Shown here in pieces: positions 1-11,300 of a stretch of DNA of 54,080 nt; the stretch's first letter is position 1, and each line of letters starts with the position of its first letter. Location: positions 62,001 to 116,080 of the forward strand of contig CAUYUJ010000265.1 in NCBI GenBank assembly GCA_963575745.1. The letters run 5' to 3'. The notes beneath the pieces were generated by a model, which had not been told where the DNA came from, ran no database searches, and was given only the letters and a program-made list of their open reading frames with translations. The DNA comes from Prorocentrum cordatum. Its lineage: Eukaryota. The translations under genes and the position numbers were made by a program.

Positions 1-330
1 CTCCTAAAATGCACTTAAAAATGCTCCCAAAAGATGCTCCAAACTCCAAAAATGCACCACCTCCCGGGTAAGGTCCTGGTCCTCCTCGGGATGCTCCAAA
101 AATGCTCCTAACAATGCTCCTGAAGATGCTCCAAAAAGCTCCAAAAATGCCCCACCTCCCACCTCCTGGCCCTCCTCGGTTTGTTTCTCAATGTTCTTAC
201 AGATGCTCCTAAAGTCATAAAAATGCTCCAAAAATGCTCCGCCCCCCCCCGCCCCCGCCCCGGCCCTTCTCGCTTCTCGGGACGCGCCAAAAATGCACAT
301 AAAGATGCCCCTCAAAGATTCTCAAAAAAT
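1..330. repeat. Degenerate AAAATGCTCC minisatellite
   Basis: aaaatgctcc/aagatgctcc recurs many times; it is the reverse complement of the ggagcatttt core of the 42-bp satellite at 1975-2550. Confidence 0.75.
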
Positions 331-364
331 GCCCCGCCTCCCGGACCCCCGCTCCGCCCTGAAG

Positions 365-500
365 CCCCGTTAGACCCTAGACCTTAGACCCTAGACCCCA
401 GACTTTACACTCCAGACTCTAGACTCTAGACCTCTAGACATGAGACCCTGGGCTTAGGACCCTAGACCCCAGACCCTGGACCCTGGACCCTAGATCCCGT
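365..500. repeat. Degenerate heptamer array (CCCTAGA-like)
   Basis: ccctaga/ccttaga/ctctaga/ccctgga in 7-bp register. Confidence 0.75.
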
Positions 501-898
501 ATCCTTTTCCAGGATGCTCCTGAGCGGACTAACCGACTAACCATTAACCACTAACCCCATAAGCCAGATGCGCCTGCCATCGGAGCCTAGGAAGCACACC
601 ACTGGCCCAGCCCCAAGCCCACAACCCAGACTCGTCATCCTCCTCGCATCATTCCCTTCTGCCCGCCCTAGAGCCTAGAGAATCAAAATGCTACCAAAAC
701 CGCGCGAGCATGTTTGGGGCATCGTCGAAATGGAGTGCTCCGCGAGGGGGGAGGCGCCGCCCGGTTTCGGGGCCAGCCCTCCCACCACCCATCCTTTCCT
801 TCCCCCGCGGAGCAAATAAGACATAAGATACACAGGTCGCCTTGACTGCTTGGCTGCTTGGCCTGGCGCCTGGCGCCTGGCGACATGCCATGGTCCGA

Positions 899-1000
899 GA
901 CCCTAAGCCCCTAAGCCCCTAAGCCATCAGCCTTAACCGTTAACCCTTTAATCCTTAACCCCATTAGCCCTTAACCTGTAAACCTTAAGCCTTAACCCTG
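899..1000. repeat. Telomere-like degenerate heptamers
   Basis: ccctaag/ccttaac/ctttaat units resembling CCCTAAA (TTTAGGG-type telomere repeat); no perfect units. Confidence 0.55.
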
Positions 1001-1019
1001 GTCTCGAATCCCGAACCAC

Positions 1020-1290
1020 ATTGGCCGAGTCGTGGCCCCCATGGCCCATGGGCCGAGACCCCATGGGCGGAGACACCAGGGGTCAAACCCCATGGGCCGA
1101 GACCCTATGGCCTACGGGCTGAGACCCCAAAATCGTGAAGACCCATCGGCAACGACTCTATGGGTCGAGACCTTGTACCTTGTGGGCTGAAACGCTGAGA
1201 CCCTGTGGGCCGATACCTCATGGCCCGAGCGTGGTCCGAGCGTGGCCCGAGCGCGGTCCGAGCGTCCTCCGAGCGCGGCCCGAGCGCGGT
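1020..1290. repeat. Short minisatellites (GGCCGAGACCCCAT-like, then 11-bp CCGAGCGCGGT)
   Basis: Visible tandem degenerate units. Confidence 0.65.
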
Positions 1291-1294
1291 TCTC

Positions 1295-1680
1295 CCGCCC
1301 CCCCCCCCCCCCCCCCACCCCACCCCACCCCCCCACACCACCCACCCACCCAGCCACACACACACACACACACACAACACACCACAACACACACACACAC
1401 ACACAACCCACACACACACACACACACACAAACAAACACAAACACACACACACACACCACACACACACAACACCACACACACACACACACACAAACACAA
1501 AACACACAGACACACACAAACACACAAACACACAAACACGCAAACACACACACACAACACACACACACACACACACACAACACACACACACATACACGCC
1601 ACGCCCACACCACCCCACGCACACCACCGCCCCCGCCCCCCACCCCACCCCACCCGCCCCACCCCACCCCGCCCACCCCC
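1295..1680. repeat. (CA)n microsatellite with C-rich flanks
   Basis: Long imperfect (CA)n at ~1355-1600; it explains the VC-/HT-rich ORFs. Confidence 0.95.
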
Positions 1681-1974
1681 CAGACGATATCCGATATCCT
1701 GGCTCCTTGCCCTCTTATCAAGCGACCGAGCGCCCCCTGCCCCCCTGGCATATGTCCAGGCGAACCGCATCACTAGTCCGTTTACGTCGTCTACTGTCAA
1801 ACGCTGCCGCGTGGTTCTGGTTGCAGAGTGATGACGCTCCAAAACTGCTCGCGCGGTGTTGGTCGGACTTTGGCGATGCTCAAAGAATGCTCGCGCGGTT
1901 TTGGCAGCATTGTGAAGGTGTTCGCAAAGGGCCGAGCATCCCGGAAGCATCTTCAACGCGCCCCAGAACCGTGC

Positions 1975-2550
1975 GCATTGTTTGGAGCATCGTCAAAATT
2001 CAACCGAAACCGAAGAGCATGTTTTGGAGCATCATCTAAATCCAACCGAAACCGAAGAGCATGTTTTGGAGCATCGTCAAAATTCAACCGAAACCGAAGA
2101 GCATGTTTTGGAGCATCGTCAAAATTCAACCGAAACCGAAGAGCATGTTTTGGAGCATCACCAAAATCCAACCGAAACCGAAGAGCATTTTTTGGAGCAT
2201 CGTCAAAATTCAACCGAAACCGAAGAGCATGTTTTGGAGCATCGTCAAAATTCAACCGAAACCGAAAAGCATGTAACCGAAACCGAAGAGCATTTTTGGA
2301 GCATCGTCAAAATTCAACCGAAACCGAAGAGCATTTTTGGGGAGCATCGTCAAAAATCAACCGAAACCGAAGAGCATGTTTTGGAGCATCATCGAAATTC
2401 AACCGAAACCGAAGAGCATTTTTGGAGCATCGTCAAAATTCAACCGAAACCGAAGAGCATGTTTGGAGCATCGTCAAAACTCAACCGAAACCGAAGAGCA
2501 TGTTTGGAGCATCTGCCTCAAAAAACCGAAGAGCATGTTTGGGGCATAAA
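1975..2550 (+). repeat. 42-bp tandem satellite, about 13 copies
   Basis: Unit gagcatgttttggagcatcgtcaaaattcaaccgaaaccgaa, head-to-tail with no unique spacers. Confidence 0.95.
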
Positions 2551-3689
2551 TAATGTTTTCAGCATTTCCCAGAGATGCGCTCAGCGGTGCATCTCGGGGA
2601 AAGGTCACGAGCGCGGCGGCTCGTAGGGTCCGGGCCCCGTGACCCCATGGGGGTCTGCAGTAGGATAGGTGCCCCTCCCTAGCGCGAAGTCCTCGCGATG
2701 TCCGTCGACCCCCCGGGGGCAATTGCCAGGGGGGACCACTGCAATGTCCCAGGAGTCGCGGCGTCCCTGGTGCCCTCGCACGGGGTTGCGATGACAGACC
2801 CGATGGGGGGCTGGGAGGGCCAAGACAGATAGGGAGCGGGAGCAGGGCGGGCGGAGAGAAAGGGCAGCAGGCAGAGAACGGCAAGACACAAGCGATCGCC
2901 ACGCAGGAGCCGCCTGCGCCCCCCTGGGAGACCAGGACCCACGAGGACCCAGAGAAAGGAGGATTAGGATCGATTGCCCCCGCATGGAATTGGATGTCCC
3001 CCCGACTCCCCGAAGGCGCCCCAGACGAAGAAGCAGCCGAGGCGTTGGGCTCGACCGACATATCGATCGACCACTGCAGGGCGCCGAAGGCCGCCCCTGT
3101 GTTCCTCGCGAGGTCGCGCACCGTGCGCGCCGGCACTGCCGAGGCAGTCCATGGAGAAGCCAGTCTGGAGCCAGTGGATGAGCCCGCCCAGGCAGGACTC
3201 GTTCGAAGCCACGCCCGAAGATGCCACGCTGGTCGAGGACATTGTCGCTCGGGTCCGCGGCGGGTTCGGCGGCAGCCCAGGCGGGGGCTCCTCCGCGTGC
3301 AGCGGCAGCACGGCGCGCGGCGCAGGCGAGGGCAGGCGGGCTCCTCAGGCGGGGCAGCCCTAGAGGGATCCAGACACGCTGGCGCGGGGACGGGCGAGAC
3401 GGGGGCAAGGGAAGAGAGAACGGGTAGGAGGAAGAGGAGGAAGGCAAAGGAGGGGAAAAGCCAGCAGGAGAAGGGGGCAGGGTGGAATTGCCCCTGACAG
3501 AGCAGCCCGAGGCCTGCTCGAGGCCTACGGGTCCTGGGGCAACGGGGGGAGCCGAGTGAGTGACCCCCCTTTGAGTTTCGAATCCCTGAGTCCACGAAGT
3601 CGCCCAGCTCGGGCCGGGAACGCATGCGGGTGGCGCTGCAGCGCTGCCGGCGCGGTCCCCGGGCGGGGAGCCCAGCCAGACTGGATGAA

Positions 3690-4130
3690 GAGTCGGGTGC
3701 GGCGTCGGGCCGGGGTTGGGCAGGAGGTGCGGCGTCGGGCTGGGCTGGGGCATGAGGTGCGGCGTCCAGCTGCAGTTGCTGTGGTTGGGCGTCGGGCTGG
3801 AGTGGGGCGTCGGGTGCGGCGTCGGGCTGGGGTGGGGCGTCGGGGATGGCGTCGGGCTGGGGTGCGGCGTCGGGGATGGCGTCGGGCTGGGGTTGGGCGT
3901 CGGGTAGGGCGTCGGGCTTGGATGGGGCGTCGGGTACTGCGTCGTGCTGGGGTGGGACGTCGGGTGTGTCGTCGTGCCGGGTTTGGGCGTCGGGTTGGGC
4001 GTCGGGCTGGGATGGGGCGTCAGGCACGGCGCCTGGCTGGGGTAGAACGTCGGGTAGGGCGTCGTGCTGGGACAGGGCGTCGGGTAGCGTCGGGCTGGGG
4101 TTGGGCGTCCAACAGGGCGCCGGGCGGGGA
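3690..4130. repeat. 18-bp GC-rich minisatellite
   Basis: gcgtcgggctggggtggg-like units; they generate PTPxP/QPDA pseudo-ORFs. Confidence 0.85.
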
Positions 4131-4802
4131 TAGGGCGTTGATTGGTCCGGCTCCTTGTTGGATCGTGCAGGGCGGCTGCGGGGCTGCAGTGCTGGCACCT
4201 TCTGCGGCAGTCGCAGGTCGAACTCGCGGTCGAGCGGGCGTCTGGGGTCGCGGGAGCGGGCAGGGGCGCAAGCAGGCAGAAGCATTGGACAGTGAGGGGC
4301 GGGAGGGGGCGGGGACCTGGGCAGCGCGCTCGGGAGATGTCAGGGCTGGGTGCACGGGTGTGCACTGCATGCTCGTGCATCGAGGGCGCCGTGGCGTTAC
4401 CACGTCCGCCTCCGAGACAACCGAATTCGGGGGCGCGCCGAAAGCCTCGCACGACGCGCGCCGCGTCGAGAGAGGAGAACCAGCGAGGAGGGAGGACGAG
4501 GAAGTGGAGAGGGGCCGTGGGCACGAGAAAGAGCAGGGAGCAGCGACAATGTTATCGCGCGCCTCGCTCCGCACAGAATTGCAAAAAACCTGGATCGAAC
4601 TACTGGGATCGGGTGGGTGCCCGGCGCCGCGCGCGGAGGCATGCCTGGTGAGTGGGGCGGAGGGGCAGGGGGCCGAGGGGGCGAACGGCGCGAGGAACGT
4701 GCCACTCATCTTGTCCACAGGCCTCGCGTTGGCGACGCCGCCGCTGTCGTCGAGGAGCCCGGGCCCAACATCGCTCAGCTTGAAGACCACCTCGAAGCCG
4801 CC

Positions 4803-5477
4803 CTCGTCGCCGTAGCGGGAACGGGCGGAATCGCCGACCGCGACGCCCAGGGGCACGAGCTCCCCCGCGGCGTTCCACGCGCCCTCGGCGGCAGCGACCA
4901 CCTCCCCCACCTCCGTCTCGGGCTTGGAGGCGCCCTTGGAGAGGAACAGGCCGCCCTCCGTCTGGCTCTCCTCCTCCTTCAGCTCCACGAGAACATTGCC
5001 CAGCGGGACCTTGGTCTCGAGGGGGGGCTCCTCGCCAGCCAAGCTGAGGAAGACGTCGCTGTCGCGCAGGAGGAGGTGCTCCTCGCCCTCGAGCTCCACA
5101 TTGCCTGGCCCCGCAGCCAGCACGGCGCCCTCGCTGGGCTGGTTGGACGACGAGGTGGGCAGCAGGATGCCCCCCCTGGTCTTATCGACAGCGTCCTATG
5201 GCTTGATCAGCAAGTAATCGGACATGGGCTCGAGACCTCCCTCCACCTCGAGGCTCGCCGCAGCAGCCGCCACCCTGGGGCCCGGCCGGTGCCGCAGCGG
5301 CCCGGCGCTCCTGCTGCCTGCGAAGGTGGCCCAGCCCAGGCCGCTGCTGCCGCCAGCTCCGGGGCCCGCTCGGCCAGAGGGCGCGGCGAGGCAGCAGACG
5401 GCCGCCAACGCCGCGGCGGCGGCGTGCGCGAGGCCGCGGCGCCGCGGCCGCGGCGCGCGCCCCCCGGCCCGCGCCAT
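4803..5477 (-). pseudogene. CPN20: Plastid-targeted 20-kDa co-chaperonin (tandem GroES domains), intronless pseudogene
   Basis: ATG at 5477 (gccATGg), hydrophobic leader AAAAALAAVCCLAA...ATFA. GroES domain 1: EPMSDYLLIKP*DAVDKTRGGILLP...EGAVLAAGPG/NVELEGEEHLLLRDSDV. Domain 2: NVLVELKEEESQTEGGLFL...GEVVAAAEG...VPLGVAVGD..RYGDE. Lesions: in-frame TAG at 5196-5198, internal deletion in domain 1, truncated domain 2. Confidence 0.9.
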
Positions 5478-5557
5478 GGCGCCCGACTTCGCCCAGTGAT
5501 AACCCAGGAGGGGCTCCAAGGACGGCACAGTACGTGGAGCCTCTGGAGCCCCTTGGC

Positions 5558-5568
5558 CTTGAGCCAAA
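5558..5568 (-). other. Dinoflagellate spliced-leader relic
   Basis: TTTGGCTCAAG is an exact match to the 3' 11 nt of DinoSL (DCCGTAGCCATTTTGGCTCAAG), 80 nt upstream of the Cpn20 ATG on the same strand. Confidence 0.75.
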
Positions 5569-5786
5569 GGACAGGCGTCTCCTGTCCCAACGGACGCGCG
5601 AGAAGTGCGCTTCGGCCCTGCGTCTGCTGGCCCGACGGACTGCCTGCGAGATGTGGTAACCAACTACGGACTGCCTGTGGGATGGGTTGCGTCGGCTACG
5701 TGGCAACCGACAAGTCCGAAGGCCAAAGCGCCCATCCCCAGGACAAGAGTTTTCGCCTCTTGGGCCCCGGAACGACGGTTTGAAGT

Positions 5787-5798
5787 CTTGAGCAAAAA
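5787..5798 (-). other. Second, degenerate spliced-leader relic
   Basis: TTTTTGCTCAAG, 11/12 match to the DinoSL 3' end, same strand. Confidence 0.45.
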
Positions 5799-7990
5799 CG
5801 CGCGCGAGAGAACCGCCGTCGGATCCCATGAAGTTCGCGCGGATCTACGCGTGGCTTCGGCGCTTATTTCGGTGCATCCGGTTTCCGTCCGCGCGGATCC
5901 GATTTCTGATTTGCTCGATCCGTGTTCGGTCCAATTTCTGGCACCACGACGTTCTCGTCGAGTACGGCCTGGTCAACGCCTTCGGCTACCTGCCCTCCTC
6001 CTCCCGCCCTCTTTCTCTACCTGAATATGGGACCGTTAATCCCCCCCTGGTTCCGCAGGGCCCCCCGCCACCTGCACCGCCCGGGCCGCCTCCCTGGCCC
6101 TGGCATTACGGCGTTCTCGTCGAGTTCGGCCTGGTCAACGTCTCACCTGATTAAGGGACCACTTGTCCCCCAGGATTCCGCGGGGCCCCCCTGCTCAGCA
6201 CGGGCCACGCTGGTGCAGGGCTGCTCTGGCGACCGCTGGCCCGCTGAGCCGGCCCTTCTCCTCCCCGCCCGCTTCCCCCCCCCGCTCGCCACCCCCCCTC
6301 CCATGGCGACAGCGCCCTGAACAGCGCGGCTTCGGCCCGGCGCCCGGCGCTTGCACCTCGCCGCCTCGGCGGCCCCGCGGCCCCAGGCGCGGCGCGGCTT
6401 CGGCCTGGCCCTTGGCACCGCGGTGCGGCAGCGCAACGTGCGCGGCCCCAGCACATTCCAACGCGCTTGCCACTGCGGGGCAGGCGCCCCCCCTGCAGCG
6501 CACCGGCACCCTGTCGGTCCTGGGCGGCACGTTTATCGGCTTCGCCTGGAAGCCGCGCCTCAGACTGCGGCTCTTTTTCCCTGTACGTGGCACCTTACCT
6601 TGGACTACCACGGCTTGGGCCTCTCCTGCATCCTGCTCGGTGGCGCAACGTTGCACCCTGGCCCAGCGGTGCTCCTCATCCCCTCGGGCGTCGACCTGGA
6701 TGCGCGGCGCGTCCTCTCCCGCAGTTCATGGGGCTGGTGCACATGATGCGCCGCTGACGGCACCACCACCAGCTTTTTGCCTCCCGGTACTTCGCCTCCG
6801 GGTTCCTGATCAAGGCGTTCCTTTGCATGCACTTCGCTTTCGGCACCGCCTGATCCGGGCATTGCCCTCTGATGGCCTTGACGTGAGGCCCCTCCTTCTG
6901 TTTTCCTTCCTCTGTTAATTCAAGCTTTGCGCGGCCCGCTTAGCTTCGACCGGAAGAGGCTCGCTCTCGACCAGCGGATCAAAAAGTTCGGCCCAATTTT
7001 TACGGCGGATCCGATTGTTGCCCCGCTCATCATCGCCATTTGCGCCTCAAGAAGAAAATCTCTCGCCCCACTTACGTAACTGCCCGAACTTCCGCCCCGA
7101 ATGTCGCCTCCGGAGCTGGAATAACAGCGCGAATGCCCGCCCCAGAAAAGGCGCTTCTTCTGGATGTGCTGCTGAGTGTTCTGGTCTCTGGTTTGCTGTA
7201 AGACAAGAAATAATGTTCGCGTCTGGTGGAACTGCCGCTGCGCCTCGCCGGGGGCGCACCCTGGGCGCGCCACTTGTCGCGGAAGCACAACGGCAGCAGG
7301 GCACGAGACGCGACGCGTCGCGGCCCATCAAGCCCAGATAGGCATGCCTGTGCGTAGTCGTCCAAGTCGAAACGGCGCCCCTCTAACGCGATGTCGCAGA
7401 AGCGCAGCTGGTTGGAAATGGGCGCCCCCGTGGGCGTCGCGGGGGGCATGCCGCTGTGGCTGGCCCCTGGGAGAGGCTCGCGGTGAGCTCGATGCCTGCT
7501 GCAGAATAACACGTAAGTGTGAGCGAACTGCTTCGTGCCTGGGCATCGCCACGGAGGTCCGCGCAGTCCGAAAATCACGACCCTGGCGACGCAGGTCCCT
7601 GGCCAGGCGCACCGGTTGGGAAGGAGGCCAAGAATGCATTTCACTCCGCCCCTGTTCGCGCCACGCGTGATCCGCAGCATACCGTAGTTTGCGCTGGGAC
7701 ATGCATGGTCAGACAAGGACCAGATGGCGCTCACGTAGGATGTGGTACGTATGACGTCGTAGTCGTACTCCTGTAGTGCCAGCGCGCCCCCCCCCCCCTC
7801 CATGACCCGGACTGGACGGCCCGGCCCTGCTGCCCACCATTGCCGAGGCAGGTCGGCTGGGCCAGCCTTGCGGGCTGGCCCGCCCCCCTCCTAGCGCAGA
7901 GGCTGCGCGGAGTCTTCGGTGACAAACTCAACCTCAGACCCTGTTGGCGTCGCAGTGCCCGACTCCTGCGGGACGGGGTCGCGCGCGACG

Positions 7991-8385
7991 GAAGCCCCCG
8001 GAGCCGCGGGGGGGAGAGGAACGTCGTTGACGACCAACCTCGGAGTCCATGATCATGCGCTCCCAGATGAGTTGGGCGATCCTCTGGCCGCGCTCAACCA
8101 CGGACGTCCGCGGGCTGGCGGTGCTCATGATCACCTTGATCTCGCCGCGGTAGTCGGCGCCCACCGCTCTGCCCACAACGTAGACGCCCACGAGGGACAA
8201 TCCTGACCTCGGAGCAATCCGCGGGCAAGTGCCAGCGGCGCGAGAGCGGCCACGCCAGTAGACACCAAATCGCGACCGCAGGTCGCGAAACTGACGTCCG
8301 CGCAGGCGAAGAGGTCGCGGCCTGCTGAGCGAGGTGAGCCCCGCACTGGTGCTCGTGCGTTGGGGCTGAGAAGCTGTGCTTCGAG
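7991..8385 (-). pseudogene. dut: dUTPase (trimeric type), frameshifted
   Basis: All five motifs in order: LLSPNARAPVRGSPRSAGRDL, (frameshift ~8235) RIAPRSGL, AVGADYRGEIKV, GQRIAQLIWER, RGSGGF. Confidence 0.92.
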
Positions 8386-8494
8386 CTTCTTAAACTCGCG
8401 GGCGTCGTTGGCGCCGTCGTCCAGGTGGTTGTTGCCCACTGCTGATAGCGTGAGCTGCATAGGCGGTAGCCCTCCGGTCGGTGGTTTGATTTGG

Positions 8495-8945
8495 TCGCGA
8501 AGTTGTCGACTGGCATGAAAGGGTGGACATGTTGAGCCGACTCTAAACGAAGTGCACGGCGCCTGGGCCCCAGCTGATTTCGTGGCCTCCAGGAACGGGA
8601 AACGCCAGACTCTTACGCGATACGCCTGTCTCCACAAGACCGCTGCTGAACAGCATGGATTGCGGACCGAGATGGGCAGGGAGATCGAAGCCGTCGCCCT
8701 CCACTGCAAGAGCACGCACGTTGTCCTGGGCGGCCACGCCATCGCGGGTGGCAACCACGATGTGGCACTGCAACTCCCAATGTGCAACCTGTGAGCCCAT
8801 GCCCACTCCTGCTACGTAAAATGGAAACGCCAGCCTCCCCCCCGCGGGCTGGAGCCTCGCCTTCACGGCTTTCTCGGCCAGGCCCACCCCGGAAAGCGTT
8901 TTCCCTGAGAGGTTTGCCCAAGCGTAGGCATCCAAAATGACACGG
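8495..8945 (-). pseudogene. Retroviral-type aspartic protease remnant
   Basis: VILDAYAWANLSG (decayed hydrophobic-D-x-G-A), flap VAGVGMGSQ, DLPAHLGPQSM (ILG-like motif), LAFPVPGGHEISWGPG; lies between Gag and dUTPase. Confidence 0.7.
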
Positions 8946-10091
8946 AGTCAGCCGCATGGGAGGTCAGCGCCCCCCAAGTAGCATGGCGGGTCAATCGGTG
9001 GACTCGGGCCTGTACCCAACGGGGTTGCACCACGGAAGCGTCGGTCGGCACGGCGGAGAACGCAGGTCCAAGCGGGCGTCGCACGGCACTGCTTCGTCGT
9101 CAACGGACACAAAACTGAAAGCACCGCCAGGGAGTCGCACAAGGTCCAGCCGCGGTGTCCTGGGCGCCGGCGAGGGCCGAGGAGTCTGGACGGCGCCCTG
9201 CTGTGGCGGCGTCTCCTCGGGCACGCTGTCGTCTGGCATCGGCTGGGCCGGCGCCAGAGTTGTCGGGGCACTGACGTCGCTTTCCCTGTCGCGCCTCTGT
9301 CGCGGCCCCAGCGGGACAGCACCGACACCTCCAGTCCAGCCCCGCGGAGACAGCGCTGGCGGCGCTGCCGACGCCGCTGGAGCCACGGGCGCTGCAAGCG
9401 CTGAGTTCCCCACTCCTGCCACACGCACCAGCAAAACACCTCCCCCATCCGTCGGTCGAGCAGAAGCCCGGTGCACGCGGCCCATGAGCTGGCCCACTTC
9501 GCGGCACAGTCGCTGGAGTTCGGCTTCAGCTGGAGTCGGTTGGCTGCCGCCCCTGGGATCGGAGCCCTGCGCGGGGCCACCGCTGTTGGGCCCAGAAACA
9601 CAGGTTCGGGCACCCCGCGGGTCGCCGCTGGAGCCGCGGCCGCTGCAGGCGCTGATGCCACGCGCACTAGCTGAACAGTTGCCCTATCCATCGGTCAAGC
9701 GAAACCCTGGCGCACGCAACCCATGAGCTCTGGCGGGCGAGGGCGCCCCCTCCCAGCTCGACCAATGGCTCTGGCCAAGTGCCTGCCAGGAGACGTCGGA
9801 CGAAGCGCTGGGGGCCGCTGCTTGCGCTGGCCGCGCAACGGCCAGGGCCGGGGTCGGAGCTCTGCATGGGGCCACCGCTGTCGGGCCCAAGAAACACAGG
9901 TTCGGGCATCCCGCGGGCCTCCGTCTTCATCCACACCGCATAGGCACCTGGCGCCACTTGTCGAGCGGCTGGTCCGGGCGCCCCGCGGCGCGCCAGGCGC
10001 GCGAACGGCGAGGATCCCGGCGCAGGCGGCGGGGGCGCTGCTGAGACTGGGGCGTCGAGGAAAAAGGCGCGCCCGTGCTGGCGCCGACGGG

Positions 10092-11300
10092 GCAGTCGCG
10101 CGCGCGGCGCTCCTTTGAGCCCCACTCACGGCACTTGAGACGCGTTCCGTCAGGGCCGCGCGGACTGCCTTGCCGGCCACGCCCCCCGCCACAGGTCCGA
10201 GGCCCGCCCATCCTCACACCCCTGCCCTCCCCGAAGCCATTGAAAATTTCACAGGGGTCATTGTCCGAAAAGGTGGCCAGGAAGGTGCAGCAGCCTTCTC
10301 CGTGGCCCTTGCCCTCGCGTTCGATGACCCTCCGCGCGCGACGCATGGGCTCGTCGTTGCTGAAGCGGCGCCATCGAGACACGGCGCGCCCGCGAGCTCC
10401 GCGCCGCGCTGTCCCACGGGAACTTCGCGCAGCCCAGGGTCGTCGGCAGCGATTCCTTCGCCGGGTGATCCGACGGCGTCGGAGTCGGCACCTGAATCGA
10501 CACCTGTTGCTGGATGCGCCGCCCGCGGTGCTGCCGATGAGTCGGCGCTGGCGGCTGGCGGTGCCAGGGGAGGACTCGGTGCTACTCTTAGGACCGAAGG
10601 GCCCATGACATCCCAGCTAGACCCGACCCCAGCACCATAGGAACTCTGATCCTGATCTCGCGCTGGCGCACCCGTGAGAGTCACCTGGCGCCAGGGCGAC
10701 TGCACGGCCAAAGCGATTGCCCGGCGAGCCATCGTTCATATGTCCGAACCGGCTTAACTGGCCCATCACGCGCGCCAGCTGCGGCGCGCCCGCCGGGCAG
10801 GCCACGCAGTAGCGCTGCAGGGCCACGGCGAGCATGACGCTCGACACGCCCACCGCCCGCGGCTGGAGGTCGCGCGGGCCCTCGTAGCCGATCAGGCCCG
10901 CTACGCCCTGTCGCGGAGACTGTCAAACCTGGCGAGGAGGTTGCCGATGCGCTGCTGCGGCAATCGGCTGAAACTCATCAGGTCTGATACCGCCCGAGCG
11001 CGCCCCCCGCTCCGAGCTGGCCTCGCATTTCGGCCAGGCTGTGCATGGCGTAGGTACTTGGCGCCGCTGGGGCGCCGTTGACATAGCCACCTTGGACGAG
11101 GACAGCCGGCGGCCACTCGCCCACACTCTCGCGAGCCATGCCGGTCAAGAGGGACGAGACGTTGGCCGCTCGGCGAAGCTCGTCGAGACCCGAGTTCGCC
11201 ACTGATCAGATCATTACCTTCCGCGCCCAGCGTCGGAAGAGCACGCGAGCCTGCCGCTAGGGCCCCAGCGCGCGGAGGCGTCTCGCGCTGCCGCTGCCGC
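10092..11300 (-). pseudogene. Gag-like remnant with decayed CCHC zinc knuckle
   Basis: FRRWARKVMI*SVANSGLDE..LTGMARE; LMSFSRLPQQRIGNLLARFDSLRDRA; basic GKG-rich segment; then GPDGTRLK-CREWGSKERRARDC (10092-10133), Cx2Cx4Hx4C spacing with single-base changes C>W and H>R. Confidence 0.7.

Noticed and set aside
1975..2550. CRISPR-like regular array
   Set aside because: Units are contiguous with no unique spacers, no cas genes, eukaryotic context
2474..4524. 603-aa and 639-aa minus-strand ORFs and plus-strand fragments at 2970-3500
   Set aside because: GC-rich, driven by the 18-bp repeat, no recognisable domain
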